DNA from: a virus | Taxonomy: Duplodnaviria; Caudoviricetes | Virus record (IMG/VR): IMGVR_UViG_3300045999_003132 | Coordinates: 1 to 56,298 of that record | Strand: one strand, 5' to 3' | Length of the DNA: 56,298 nt | Shown: in pieces, positions 9,696 through 18,993 of the stretch | Position numbering within the stretch: the stretch's first letter is position 1 | How the letters are laid out: each line of letters begins with the position of its first letter | Position numbers and translations under genes: made by a program | Notes under the pieces: model-generated | The model's input: only the letters and a program-made list of their open reading frames with translations | Told to the model about the DNA's origin: nothing | Databases searched by the model: none

Positions 9696-9910
9696 TGATA
9701 ACGAAATACGACAGCAGACAGCCCAAAAAGGTCTATTACTACTCGGTAAGTGACGGAAGCTACATCGGTGAAGGCGAGGCAATGCCCGACCCGATTGACG
9801 GCACGAATTGGCTTATTCCGAGTAACGCTACCGAAGTGGAGCCACCTGTTCAGAAGAAGGGTTGGGTATCCACTTTTGACGGGGCAAAGTGGACGGCAAG
9901 CAAGGCTTAA
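9695..9910 (+). CDS. Tail fibre assembly-like protein (short)
   Basis: YYYS..GSYIGEGEA.PDP..WLIPSNATEVEPP..FDGAKW. Confidence 0.7.
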   Translation: MITKYDSRQPKKVYYYSVSDGSYIGEGEAMPDPIDGTNWLIPSNATEVEPPVQKKGWVSTFDGAKWTASKA

Positions 9911-11151
9911 TCCGAAAGGAGGCCGACCATCTTCACGTCAACGCGGGTAGTGTATCCTGCGTTCCTTGTGATGTCGTGGTAGCTTTTGGAGATGTGATAC
10001 TTGCCATCGAGCCAACGCAGCCCGCGAATTTGAATGTTAGTTCCAGCCTGAGCGACAGGGGTTCCCTCAAAGTCAACGGAACCCTCCACGGCAGACGTAG
10101 TGGCCTCAAATAGATGGGCCATTGCTATGACTTCGGCCTGAGTCATATTGTCAACCTCCTCATACATCCGTATCCTGCGCTTCAACCGTTCCGTCTCGTT
10201 GGCGTTGCGCTTGTCCTCCAAGTAGGACAAGTCTGCACCGATTGAACGGGCGAATGACGGAAAGTTCTCCCCCAGCTTTGCGCGAAGGTCGGCCCCCGCG
10301 TTGAGACGGTAGATGAAACCCTCCTGACCGAACGGATTGTAATTTATCACGTCAATCCCTGCCGCGTCCTTGTCCTGACAATCACGGAGGTCGTAGCTTC
10401 TCAGTTCAGGGAACACGCTATTTAGGATGTCATTCTGCGTTTCATCATACTGCAACCATTCGGGAGAACGGTCTGTCCTTGCGTACAACTGCGGTTCAAG
10501 AGCGTAATGAACAACGTCCGTGACGGGTTCAATGGAGTGCAGTTGATAGATGGTGATGTAAGTAAGCGCGTCACCCTTCACGTTGAACTTTATCCCGTAT
10601 CGGTTAGCAAGGCGGTTGAGGAAGTGCAGCGGTGTCTCCCTGTCCTGATACAGCCGTCCGTGACGCAGGTTCATTACCCGTGACGCACGGAGGGTTGACG
10701 TTGCAACGTCCTCCACCTGCTCATTCGCGTAGTCATAAACAAAGTCAAGGCCGTTCTCGGTGGCTATCTGCTGCGCAAGTTCTTTGAGCGTGATATTCTC
10801 GTACCCTTTGCTATCAATAGTCCAAAGGTTGCTATCAATCGGAACGGACAGGGCGCGGAACTCAACAACGTCAGGCTGACCACGGTAATGCACCTCGTCA
10901 ATGTGGAACGTACCCATGTCGAGCAGCCCTTCGCCAGCGTAACCGATGGACAAACTGATTTTATCCCCACGGTTCGGCCTCCAAGTATCCTTCCATTTGG
11001 CGAACATGTCGTCAACGGTGATGCGAATCTCATCCGCTTCACCACCGTCAGCGTCAGAGTAGGTGATGCGAACAACATCATCACTGATGTCCTCGGTGAT
11101 GTCCAATCCTTCGTAAAGGACTTTGAATGCAGGAACCCTAACGTCAGCCAT
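9907..11151 (-). CDS. Baseplate hub / late control protein D
   Basis: DITEDIS..ITYSD..EADEI, IGYAGEGLLDMGTFHIDEV, QDRETPLHFLNRLA, GKYHI..HDI..GYTT; likely start MADVRVP at 11151. Confidence 0.88.
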   Translation of the reverse strand: MADVRVPAFKVLYEGLDITEDISDDVVRITYSDADGGEADEIRITVDDMFAKWKDTWRPNRGDKISLSIGYAGEGLLDMGTFHIDEVHYRGQPDVVEFRALSVPIDSNLWTIDSKGYENITLKELAQQIATENGLDFVYDYANEQVEDVATSTLRASRVMNLRHGRLYQDRETPLHFLNRLANRYGIKFNVKGDALTYITIYQLHSIEPVTDVVHYALEPQLYARTDRSPEWLQYDETQNDILNSVFPELRSYDLRDCQDKDAAGIDVINYNPFGQEGFIYRLNAGADLRAKLGENFPSFARSIGADLSYLEDKRNANETERLKRRIRMYEEVDNMTQAEVIAMAHLFEATTSAVEGSVDFEGTPVAQAGTNIQIRGLRWLDGKYHISKSYHDITRNAGYTTRVDVKMVGLLSD

Positions 11152-11380
11152 TGTTCTGTGGCCTTCTCCAAGGCGGTAGGTTGTTGAACTCGATGAGCGG
11201 CTGCGGGTCGAACACAGGAATGAAGAGAACGATGCCAGCAGGCAGAAGAGGGTAAATAGGAACAGACGGGTTCGCATCTATGATCGGGCTTATGTTGAAC
11301 GGGTCGCCAAGGTAGCGATAAGCTATCTCATCCCACCTGTCCGCGTCCTGCGTTATGTAGCTGACGTATGTTACTGCCAT
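11144..11380 (-). CDS. Tail protein X (LysM-like)
   Basis: YITQDADRWDEIAYRYLG, IIDANP, LPAGIVLFIP, LPPWR. Confidence 0.88.
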   Translation of the reverse strand: MAVTYVSYITQDADRWDEIAYRYLGDPFNISPIIDANPSVPIYPLLPAGIVLFIPVFDPQPLIEFNNLPPWRRPQNNG

Positions 11381-12249
11381 CTCCGTGAGCCTGTGAATGC
11401 CGCAAGCGGCTGTGAAGTGTTGGTCATAACGGAAACCGAGGCCATGAACTGACTATTGACGTTGACCACGTTGTTGATGCTTCCAACGGGGTCTAACGGG
11501 TCGAATGCGTCAATCATGTCGATGAGCGTCTGAGCGTTCTGCGCTGCCGTGTACATGTTGGCAACGTAAGCCTGCGCCTGCTGCGCTGTCTCAGATGCGG
11601 CCTGCACCTTTGAAGCGGCACGGGCCATGTGGTCACGGGCCGTTGCTACCCGTTCACGGGCCTGTTCAAACTTGCTCTGAGTGTCGGCAGGTGGTGTCGG
11701 ATTCGATGCGGTAGTTAAAATGGTGGTAGCGGAAGCAACGGCCTCCCCACGTGCAATAGATACGTCAAGTGCTGCGCTAACGGGTATTGAAGGAACAATC
11801 GGGGTAAGTGGTACAAGTGCGGGGTTGTTCGCGCTGTTCGCAATCGCGTTGTTCACAGCGGCCACCTTCGGTTGCGATGCGTTCGTTTCAAGCAATGTCA
11901 ACTCCAACTTGGCCGATACGATGTCGCCTTGCGGTGTCTCCTGCGCGTGTGTCTGCTTGGTATCAGTGATTATGAACGTACCGATGACGTTGCCCGACCC
12001 CGTGATGTAGCGGAGATGTTTGACCGTGTTTCGGTACTCCCTGAACTTTAGGATGGCACGTTCAACGTCAATGAACGAACGGTGAATGTGAATGCCTATC
12101 TGAACGGTGGCAAGGTCAATCCCCGTGAACTGAATCTTTGGCCGTCTTCCGATGCGACCATGAAGCGGCACGGAAATGCTATCCTTCCGTTCAAAGGATT
12201 CAGGGCCATAAAGCCCTTCAAAGATTATATCGCCAAGCTGACCGTACAT
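11371..12249 (-). CDS. Tail tube initiator (gpU-like) with helical extension
   Basis: MYGQLGDIIF, HGRIGRRPKIQFTG, GNVIGTFII, LTLLE. Confidence 0.8.
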   Translation of the reverse strand: MYGQLGDIIFEGLYGPESFERKDSISVPLHGRIGRRPKIQFTGIDLATVQIGIHIHRSFIDVERAILKFREYRNTVKHLRYITGSGNVIGTFIITDTKQTHAQETPQGDIVSAKLELTLLETNASQPKVAAVNNAIANSANNPALVPLTPIVPSIPVSAALDVSIARGEAVASATTILTTASNPTPPADTQSKFEQARERVATARDHMARAASKVQAASETAQQAQAYVANMYTAAQNAQTLIDMIDAFDPLDPVGSINNVVNVNSQFMASVSVMTNTSQPLAAFTGSRRWQ

Positions 12250-12250
12250 T

Positions 12251-12811
12251 CTACAAAAGTACGGGATAGCGGTCGAAGTCCTTGCGGTAATCTACGACCT
12301 TGCAATGATGCTCCGACCATCCAGCGCGTTGAAGTGCCATCATGGGCCATGCAACGGCCACCTTGTACGTCCTTCCTATCCAGTTGTCGATGTGTTCATT
12401 CATCGGGCATTGCATGAAGTCAACGCGGTCGGAAAGCACGGAGTAGAGGTGCATACCGCTAACTTGTGCTACCCCACGGATGAACGGACTGTCCTCATCG
12501 GCAATGATGTTGCAATGGTGACACCCGCCAAGGATGATGTCATAACCTCTACTTATCGCGTCTGCCCTTGCGTCCATGAAGTGAGAAAGCGCGTTCGGGG
12601 CGGTCAGTAGAACATCGTCCTCGCAGATGATGTCGCCCTTCTTCATTCTGCAAAGTGCAAGAGCCTCCGCGTGGGCAAGTTTTATACCGTGTCTGGCAGG
12701 CTTGGAATAGTTGGCCGCTACCTGACGGAACTCGAACGGTATGCTTTGTGCGGTGAACGTGTCAATAGCGTCACCCGCGCCTCTCATGCCCGTGATGCAG
12801 AAAATCTTCAT
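12251..12811 (-). CDS. Glycosyltransferase, GT25-like
   Basis: GIKLAH..AL and IICEDDV resemble GT25 motifs; GMHLY, HIDNW, ALQRAGWS. Confidence 0.6.
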   Translation of the reverse strand: MKIFCITGMRGAGDAIDTFTAQSIPFEFRQVAANYSKPARHGIKLAHAEALALCRMKKGDIICEDDVLLTAPNALSHFMDARADAISRGYDIILGGCHHCNIIADEDSPFIRGVAQVSGMHLYSVLSDRVDFMQCPMNEHIDNWIGRTYKVAVAWPMMALQRAGWSEHHCKVVDYRKDFDRYPVLL

Positions 12812-12877
12812 TCCAATGTTCGGTTTCGGTTTTGTTGCCTATGTTTGCAGCAGTCAAAAGTGCGAAAACTTTTCTTT

Positions 12878-13537
12878 ATGAGCGATGTAACAGCCGTCTG
12901 CACAAGTTTCAACAGGCCCGACCTGTTGGAAAGGACGCTTAGTTCGTTCTTTGCATTCAACACCTACCCCCTTGCAGGGTTCATAGTTCAGGACGATAGC
13001 GGTGTCATCGGATGCAACGACCATCTCAAAGCCTTGTTCCCGTCCGTCACGTTCAGATATAACCCCGAACGCATAGGTCAGATACGGTCTATTGACGCGG
13101 CCTATGCCGAAGTCACCACGCCTTACATCTTCCATTTGGAGGAGGATTGGGAGTTCTACCGTGGCGGGTTCATTGAATCGTCCGTGTCCGTAATGCGTCT
13201 CGCGGGTAACAACATCTGCTGCGTATGGATACGGGCCGAGAACGACACGAACGGACACCCGATTGAAACGCAAGTGTTCGGGGGTACGTGGTCGCTTGTA
13301 AAGGCCCGACACGCTGGGATTTGGCACGGGTTCACATTCAACCCGTCATTGCGTAAGAAGCGCGAATGGGTATTGCATGGCGGGTACTCATCACTTGCGA
13401 CATTCATCCCTACACGGCCTTGGGAAAGTGAGGCGAAGATCGGGGAATGGTACATGAAGAACAACTACCGTGCGGCCATACTCCGAGGCGAAGGGTACGT
13501 GAAACACATCGGGGATAACAGAGGGATAAGAAGCTAA
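12878..13537 (+). CDS. Glycosyltransferase, GT-A/GT2-like
   Basis: TSFNRPDLLERTL, IVQDDS, YIFHLEEDW, FTFNPSL, VKHIG; ATG 12878 follows TATGTTTG at 12840. Confidence 0.8.
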   Translation: MSDVTAVCTSFNRPDLLERTLSSFFAFNTYPLAGFIVQDDSGVIGCNDHLKALFPSVTFRYNPERIGQIRSIDAAYAEVTTPYIFHLEEDWEFYRGGFIESSVSVMRLAGNNICCVWIRAENDTNGHPIETQVFGGTWSLVKARHAGIWHGFTFNPSLRKKREWVLHGGYSSLATFIPTRPWESEAKIGEWYMKNNYRAAILRGEGYVKHIGDNRGIRS

Positions 13538-14127
13538 TGCCAAGACCACGTAAGAATGCAACAACGATTCCCGAAGCAACAACGGGAATCTTCACCTACG
13601 AACAGGCGCAGGTGGAACACAAGACATCACGGCTGCTTGCCGCTGAATTGGTGAAAGTCCTACCTGCCAACCGTCACGTCATCGACTACGGGTGTGGCAA
13701 AGGTGAGTACCTGACTTGGCTTTCGGGCAAAGGATTCCGATGCACGGGCTACGAGGGTACGCCCTTGAAAGACCTTGCCGCGTTCGATAACATCATTCAG
13801 GCCGACTTATCCAAGCCGTTAGGTGACAGGCCAAAGGGAACGGTTCTTTGCCTTGAAGTGGCCGAACACATCCCTGCTGAGTTTGAGGACGTGTTCATCA
13901 AGAACATTACGGAGAACTGCACTGGCAAGTTGATTCTGTCATGGGCCTTGAAGGGGCAGGGCGGTTGCGGTCACGTCAACGAACAGGATTCTGACTACGT
14001 TATCCCACGTATTGAAAAGGAGGGCTTCACGTTGAACACCCATCTTAGTAGCCAACTTCGCGCAATCGCTGGGGCTGAACTATGGTGGTTCAAGAAGTCC
14101 ATCTACGTTTTTGAGCGCAAGGGATGA
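13537..14127 (+). CDS. Class I SAM-dependent methyltransferase
   Basis: VIDYGCGKG, CLEVAEHIP, GQGGCGHVNEQ. Confidence 0.85.
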   Translation: MPRPRKNATTIPEATTGIFTYEQAQVEHKTSRLLAAELVKVLPANRHVIDYGCGKGEYLTWLSGKGFRCTGYEGTPLKDLAAFDNIIQADLSKPLGDRPKGTVLCLEVAEHIPAEFEDVFIKNITENCTGKLILSWALKGQGGCGHVNEQDSDYVIPRIEKEGFTLNTHLSSQLRAIAGAELWWFKKSIYVFERKG

Positions 14128-14783
14128 AGGTTTACACACGGCACAACAACGAGGAGTTGTTCGACATGATGCAGGGGTTCATTCCCTTGCCCGTTACCAA
14201 ATGCGACACGTTCAACTATTGGGAACAGGCAGCCGACTACATTGCTCACGTCCTTGAACAGAATGACGATGTGGCTGTCAACGTGGACTTGGACTGCTTC
14301 ATCTTCGATTGGGCCGTTGTGGAGGAACTTGCGGCCTACATGGTTGAACACGGTTACACGCATTGTGGATTCCCTGACAGCGGAGTGATGCGTGGTCGGC
14401 ACAATGCCTCATGGGTCGTGTGCAATCCGTTCTTCAACGTGTTCCGTTCTTCCGAACTATTGGCCGATGGCATTCCGAATTGGGGTCTTGTTCGGCACAT
14501 GGGGTACAACGTGGAGTGGCATAATGACATGCCCCCGTTCGTAAAGAATCCCCTGCCTTGGATGCAGGAGCCGTTCAACGGTATCTTTAATTGGATGCAC
14601 GGAAACGGCAAGACGCTGTTCATCGAGCCGAAGCCCCACGCTGACGGAATATCCACCATCCTCACATTCAACGGCAAGGAGTTCGGGTATCACGCTTGGT
14701 ACTCCCGTCTGTTCGACACCGATTCAGGTCACAGGTCAAGAACGCTTGCATTGTATCACGAAGCTAACATGAGAAAGGCATGA
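14124..14783 (+). CDS. Putative nucleotide-sugar transferase (DxD)
   Basis: VNVDLDCF DxD motif; translationally coupled within the GT block. Confidence 0.45.
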   Translation: MKVYTRHNNEELFDMMQGFIPLPVTKCDTFNYWEQAADYIAHVLEQNDDVAVNVDLDCFIFDWAVVEELAAYMVEHGYTHCGFPDSGVMRGRHNASWVVCNPFFNVFRSSELLADGIPNWGLVRHMGYNVEWHNDMPPFVKNPLPWMQEPFNGIFNWMHGNGKTLFIEPKPHADGISTILTFNGKEFGYHAWYSRLFDTDSGHRSRTLALYHEANMRKA

Positions 14784-15409
14784 ACACCCCTATCATCATT
14801 CCGTTCCGAAACCGCGCTGCCCATTTGAAGGAGTTCATTCCGCAAGCGAAACACCCGCTGATTGTAGTTGAACAGGTGGCTGGCAAACCGTTCAACCGTG
14901 GGAAGCTACTGAACATCGGTGCGCACATAGCGTTCGGTGACGGGGCAAGGCACATCATCACGCATGACGTGGACATGATACCTGAGAACGTGGACTACAC
15001 GGAGGGCGATATTGTTCACCTTGCGGGAGCGGCAAGTCAATTTAACTATGCGATGCCATACAACCGCTATTTTGGTGGAGTGAACATCTACTCATCCAAG
15101 GCGTTCTACATGGCGAACGGGTACAGCAACAACTATTGGGGATGGGGCGCGGAGGACGATGACATGCTGTTGCGCTGCGAGGGTACGGGGTTGAAGATTG
15201 AACACCGAAAAGGGCGTTTCACCTCACTCACACATGAACACGCGCTTGTTGACCCGAACGCAAGGAACACGCACAAGGCGAACTGCGAATACCTGCGCAG
15301 CGGATACGATTACAAAAAGGACGGGCTGAACACATTGGACTACTCCATTGTGTCCGAAACGCTGTTGCCGCACATTCACACGGTCAGGGTAATCACCGTA
15401 GATGTCTGA
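14780..15409 (+). CDS. GT7 beta-1,4-galactosyltransferase-like
   Basis: IIPFRNR..HL, VEQ..FNRGKLLNIG, HDVD, YFGGV, NGYSNNYWGWGAEDDD. Confidence 0.9.
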   Translation: MNTPIIIPFRNRAAHLKEFIPQAKHPLIVVEQVAGKPFNRGKLLNIGAHIAFGDGARHIITHDVDMIPENVDYTEGDIVHLAGAASQFNYAMPYNRYFGGVNIYSSKAFYMANGYSNNYWGWGAEDDDMLLRCEGTGLKIEHRKGRFTSLTHEHALVDPNARNTHKANCEYLRSGYDYKKDGLNTLDYSIVSETLLPHIHTVRVITVDV

Positions 15410-17276
15410 GGTTTCCCTTATACGTTCCTTTCTTGAAGGGCTAAGGCCGACACCGCAACTAAAGGTGTGGGAATGGGCCGACCGTTACCGTATGCTGTCG
15501 TCCGTATCTTCCGCAGAGGCGGGGCGTTGGCGTACTTCCCGCGTTCCGTACATGTACGAGATATTCGATAAGCTGTCACCGACCGACCCATGCAGGGAGG
15601 TTGTGCTGATGAAAGGTGTTCAGATCGCGGGAACGGAGGCCGCGCTTAACTGCGTGGGGGCTTACATTGACATCGAACCTTGCCCCATCATGTACGTGAT
15701 GCCTACCGTTGACATGGCGAAGGGTCTGTCAAAGAAACGGGTGCAGCACATGATACAGGAATGCGAGACGCTGAACCGAAAGGTGGCGCAGATGAACAGG
15801 CGCGAAGGTTCTTCATCCTTATTGGAGAAGTTCTACGCTGGCGGTGCGTTGACGTTGACGGGGGCCAACTCCGCAGCGGGGCTTCGGTCGCAGCCTATCC
15901 GCGTACTTATCCTTGACGAGGTTGACGCATACCCTTTGAATATCGAGGGCGAAGGTTCACCGATTAAACTTGCCGAGGCCCGTACAACCACGTTCAGCCG
16001 AAACAAGAAGGTGTTCAAGCTGTCAACTCCGACCGTTGCGGGAAGGTCTGCGATACAACACGCATTGGAGGGGACGGACAAGCGGTATCTACATGTGCCA
16101 TGCCCCCATTGCGGCACGTTCCAGACGTTGAAGTTCGACAACCTGAAATGGCCCAAGGGCGAACCGCACAAAGCGGCCTACCTATGCGAACATTGCGATG
16201 AACTGATAGAGGAGCGCAGCAAGACCGTGATGCTGAACGAGGGCAAATGGGTTCCGTCCGAGCCTGACAACGTAAGCCCATACAAGGCGGGGTATCTAAT
16301 CAACTCACTATATTCCCCGTTAGGGTGGATGTCGTGGACCGAGATAGCGACCAAGTTCCTGTCCGAGAAGGACGACCCTATTCTGTTCCGAACCTTTGTC
16401 AACACCGTGCTTGGCGAACCGTGGGAGGAACGGGGTGACGCGCCTGAGTGGGAGAACATCTTCAATAGGCGGGAGAAGTACCCGATGAACCAACCGAACA
16501 ATGACGTTCACCTGATAACGGTAGGGGCTGACGTTCAGAAGGACAGGATTGAATACGAGGTCGTTGGATGGTGCAGGGACAGGTCAACGTATTCCATCGA
16601 CTACCGCGTTATTCACGGTGACACCTCCGAGCGTCAGGTATGGGACGAACTTTCCAAGGTGGTCTATGAGACATGGTTGCGCCCTGACGGGGTTGAACTA
16701 CCGATGATGCTGATGGCGGTGGATAGCGGTTTTAATACCCAGCACGTTTACGACTTCTGCCGCAGACACGATTCAACCCGCGTCATTCCGATCAAGGGTT
16801 CTGATGCACAGAGGACGGTGGTATCCGCGCCAAGAAGCGTTGACATTGCTATGCACGGTAAGGCAACGGGGTCAATCAAATTGTGGACGGTCGGTTCGTC
16901 CATTGTCAAGTCAGAGGTTTACGCCAACTTACGGCACAACCCGAACGAGGACGGCGCGTTCCCTCCGAACTACTGCCACTTTCCTGAGTACGCACCCGAA
17001 TACTTCAAAGGCATCACAGCGGAACAGCTTGAGTTCAGAATCGTCAAAGGCTATCGCAAGTACGAATGGGTCAAACGGTACGCAAGGAATGAACCCCTTG
17101 ACTGCCGTGTTTACGCCCGTGCAGCCGCTACCGTTGCGGGGATGGACAGGTTCAATGAGCAGCATTGGGATAAGTTGGTCGGCAATTACCGAAAGATAGT
17201 GAAGGGCAAGGATGAGCCGCAAGCCGCAAAGCCGAAACAAGTGAAGCGCAAAAGCGACTTTTGGGGCGACCGATAA
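15402..17276 (+). CDS. terL: Terminase large subunit, lambda gpA family (module A)
   Basis: KGVQIAGTE Walker A variant, LILDEVDAY, STPT, CPHC/CEHC, GADVQ, VDSG, NEPLDC. Confidence 0.96.
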   Translation: MSEVSLIRSFLEGLRPTPQLKVWEWADRYRMLSSVSSAEAGRWRTSRVPYMYEIFDKLSPTDPCREVVLMKGVQIAGTEAALNCVGAYIDIEPCPIMYVMPTVDMAKGLSKKRVQHMIQECETLNRKVAQMNRREGSSSLLEKFYAGGALTLTGANSAAGLRSQPIRVLILDEVDAYPLNIEGEGSPIKLAEARTTTFSRNKKVFKLSTPTVAGRSAIQHALEGTDKRYLHVPCPHCGTFQTLKFDNLKWPKGEPHKAAYLCEHCDELIEERSKTVMLNEGKWVPSEPDNVSPYKAGYLINSLYSPLGWMSWTEIATKFLSEKDDPILFRTFVNTVLGEPWEERGDAPEWENIFNRREKYPMNQPNNDVHLITVGADVQKDRIEYEVVGWCRDRSTYSIDYRVIHGDTSERQVWDELSKVVYETWLRPDGVELPMMLMAVDSGFNTQHVYDFCRRHDSTRVIPIKGSDAQRTVVSAPRSVDIAMHGKATGSIKLWTVGSSIVKSEVYANLRHNPNEDGAFPPNYCHFPEYAPEYFKGITAEQLEFRIVKGYRKYEWVKRYARNEPLDCRVYARAAATVAGMDRFNEQHWDKLVGNYRKIVKGKDEPQAAKPKQVKRKSDFWGDR

Positions 17277-17294
17277 TTACCTAACTTTGCACCC

Positions 17295-17498
17295 ATGCCG
17301 ACAACTTGGACACAGACAGACCTTGCGACACTTGAAGCGGCAATCGCTTCGGGAACCCGTCACGTTCAGTACGGGGACAAGTCAGTTACTTATCAGACCA
17401 TTGAACAGATGCTTAGGGCGCGGTCAGAAATCATGTCCGCTGTCGGTGGGTCGGGTAGCCCGCGCAAGTTCTTTGCTTACCATTCCAAAGGTCTATGA
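17295..17498 (+). CDS. Head-tail joining protein (lambda gpW-like)
   Basis: LEAAIASG..VQYGDKSVTY; lies between TerL and portal. Confidence 0.85.
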   Translation: MPTTWTQTDLATLEAAIASGTRHVQYGDKSVTYQTIEQMLRARSEIMSAVGGSGSPRKFFAYHSKGL

Positions 17499-18976
17499 AC
17501 GGATTTGAACGACTGATAGAGTTCCTGTCACCGCAGCTTGCCCTTGAACGGGAACGGGCGCGTAAGCATGTGCAACTCATTCGTGGCTATGACGCTGCAA
17601 AGAAGGGGCGTAGAACAAGCGGATGGACGGCAACAGGCACAAGTCAGAACGCTGAGATATACCGTGCAGCATCAACCCTACGTGACCGCAGCCGTGAACT
17701 TTGCCGCAACAACCCATACGTTAAGAGGGCTGTTCAGTCCATATCGAACAACGTGGTAGGGACTGGCATACGGGCGAAGATAACGGGGCAGGCCAAGACA
17801 CGCCTATACGCTGAATGGATAGAGTGGGCCGACAAGACGACCTGCGACTATCAGGACAGGATGAACCTTTACGGGATTCAGAAACTTGTCATGAGGGCCA
17901 TGATAGAGAGCGGTGACGCGCTCATCATACGCAGGCGCAACAGGTCAAAGCGTATCCCGATTGAATTGCAGGTCGTTGAGATAGACTACCTTGACAGCAC
18001 AAAGCACAGCAACATAATCACGGAGGGCGGTGAATACGACTTCATGGGCATACGGTACAACCAACGCGGCAAGCGTGTCGGGTATTGGATGTTCGACCAT
18101 CACCCGAACGATGTCATCACTTTGGGCCGCGCAGTTTCGCGCCTTGTCCCTGCTGACGATGTGATTCACGTTTACGAGGTTCTTCGCCCAAGTCAACAGC
18201 TTGGAGTTCCGTTCGGTGTGTCCGCGTTCCTACGTGTACGTGACATGGATGAGTACAACGATGCGCAGGTGGTGAGGCAGAAGATAGCGGCCTGTTATAC
18301 CGTGAACATCACATCGAATGCAGCCGACAACATTGCCGACACAGAGGCGAAACGTGCTGATTTTGAGCGCATTGAGCCAGGAATGATCAACGTCCTGAAC
18401 GCTGGCGAAAGCATAGAGTTCGGTACGCCTCCGACCGTTGAGAACTTCGGTGAGTTCAGCCGTACCATCATGCAGGGAGTGGCGGCAGGGTTCGGCACTA
18501 CCTACGAGAACCTTACAGGCGACCTTTCAAACGTCAACTTCTCATCGGGAAGGATGGGGTGGATTGAACATCACCGCAACATCGAGGATTGGCAATGGAA
18601 CGTCCTTGTTCCGCAATTCTGCGACCGTATAGCGGACTGGTTCAAAGAGGCCGCTGACCTTGCGTTGGGCATAAGCGGAAAGTCAACATTCCAATGGACA
18701 CCACCGCGCAGGGAAATGATAGACCCATCCAAGGAGGTGAAGGGTATAATGATGGCCGTGCGAAACGGACTAATCACATTGCCCGAAGCTATCCGTGAAC
18801 AGGGTTACGACCCTGAGCAGGTGTTCGATGAGATTCAATCGACCAACGCCATACTTGACGCTAAGGGTATCATCCTTGACAGCGACCCAAGACAGGGCAA
18901 GCAGGAAGAGGAGGATGGGCGCGGACGGCCTACCGATACGGGCGAAGGTGCGGATGATGATGTTGATAGGAAATAA
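17495..18976 (+). CDS. Portal protein, lambda family
   Basis: YDAA, LRDRSRELCRNN, TGDLSNVNFSSGRMG, IDPSKE. Confidence 0.95.
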   Translation: MNGFERLIEFLSPQLALERERARKHVQLIRGYDAAKKGRRTSGWTATGTSQNAEIYRAASTLRDRSRELCRNNPYVKRAVQSISNNVVGTGIRAKITGQAKTRLYAEWIEWADKTTCDYQDRMNLYGIQKLVMRAMIESGDALIIRRRNRSKRIPIELQVVEIDYLDSTKHSNIITEGGEYDFMGIRYNQRGKRVGYWMFDHHPNDVITLGRAVSRLVPADDVIHVYEVLRPSQQLGVPFGVSAFLRVRDMDEYNDAQVVRQKIAACYTVNITSNAADNIADTEAKRADFERIEPGMINVLNAGESIEFGTPPTVENFGEFSRTIMQGVAAGFGTTYENLTGDLSNVNFSSGRMGWIEHHRNIEDWQWNVLVPQFCDRIADWFKEAADLALGISGKSTFQWTPPRREMIDPSKEVKGIMMAVRNGLITLPEAIREQGYDPEQVFDEIQSTNAILDAKGIILDSDPRQGKQEEEDGRGRPTDTGEGADDDVDRK

Positions 18977-18980
18977 TCGC

Positions 18981-18988
18981 TAACTTTG
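18981..18988 (+). promoter_or_regulatory. TAACTTTG promoter element 5 nt before the capsid gene ATG
   Basis: TAnnTTTG consensus; same 8-mer at 667, 9023, 17282, 19544, 22864, 43604. Confidence 0.6.
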
Positions 18989-18993
18989 CAGCC

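Noticed and set aside
11152-11277. Longer start for the D protein that looks like a signal peptide
   Set aside because: It overlaps the tail X gene; the Met at 11151 gives the expected N-terminus
694-12249. Module A as a tailocin or extracellular contractile injection system
   Set aside because: It is linked to its own terminase, portal, protease-capsid and head-tail genes, so it is a full phage module
12671-12877. Longer start for the GT2-like gene
   Set aside because: It overlaps the divergent GT25-like gene; the paralog at 55999 aligns from the 12878 start
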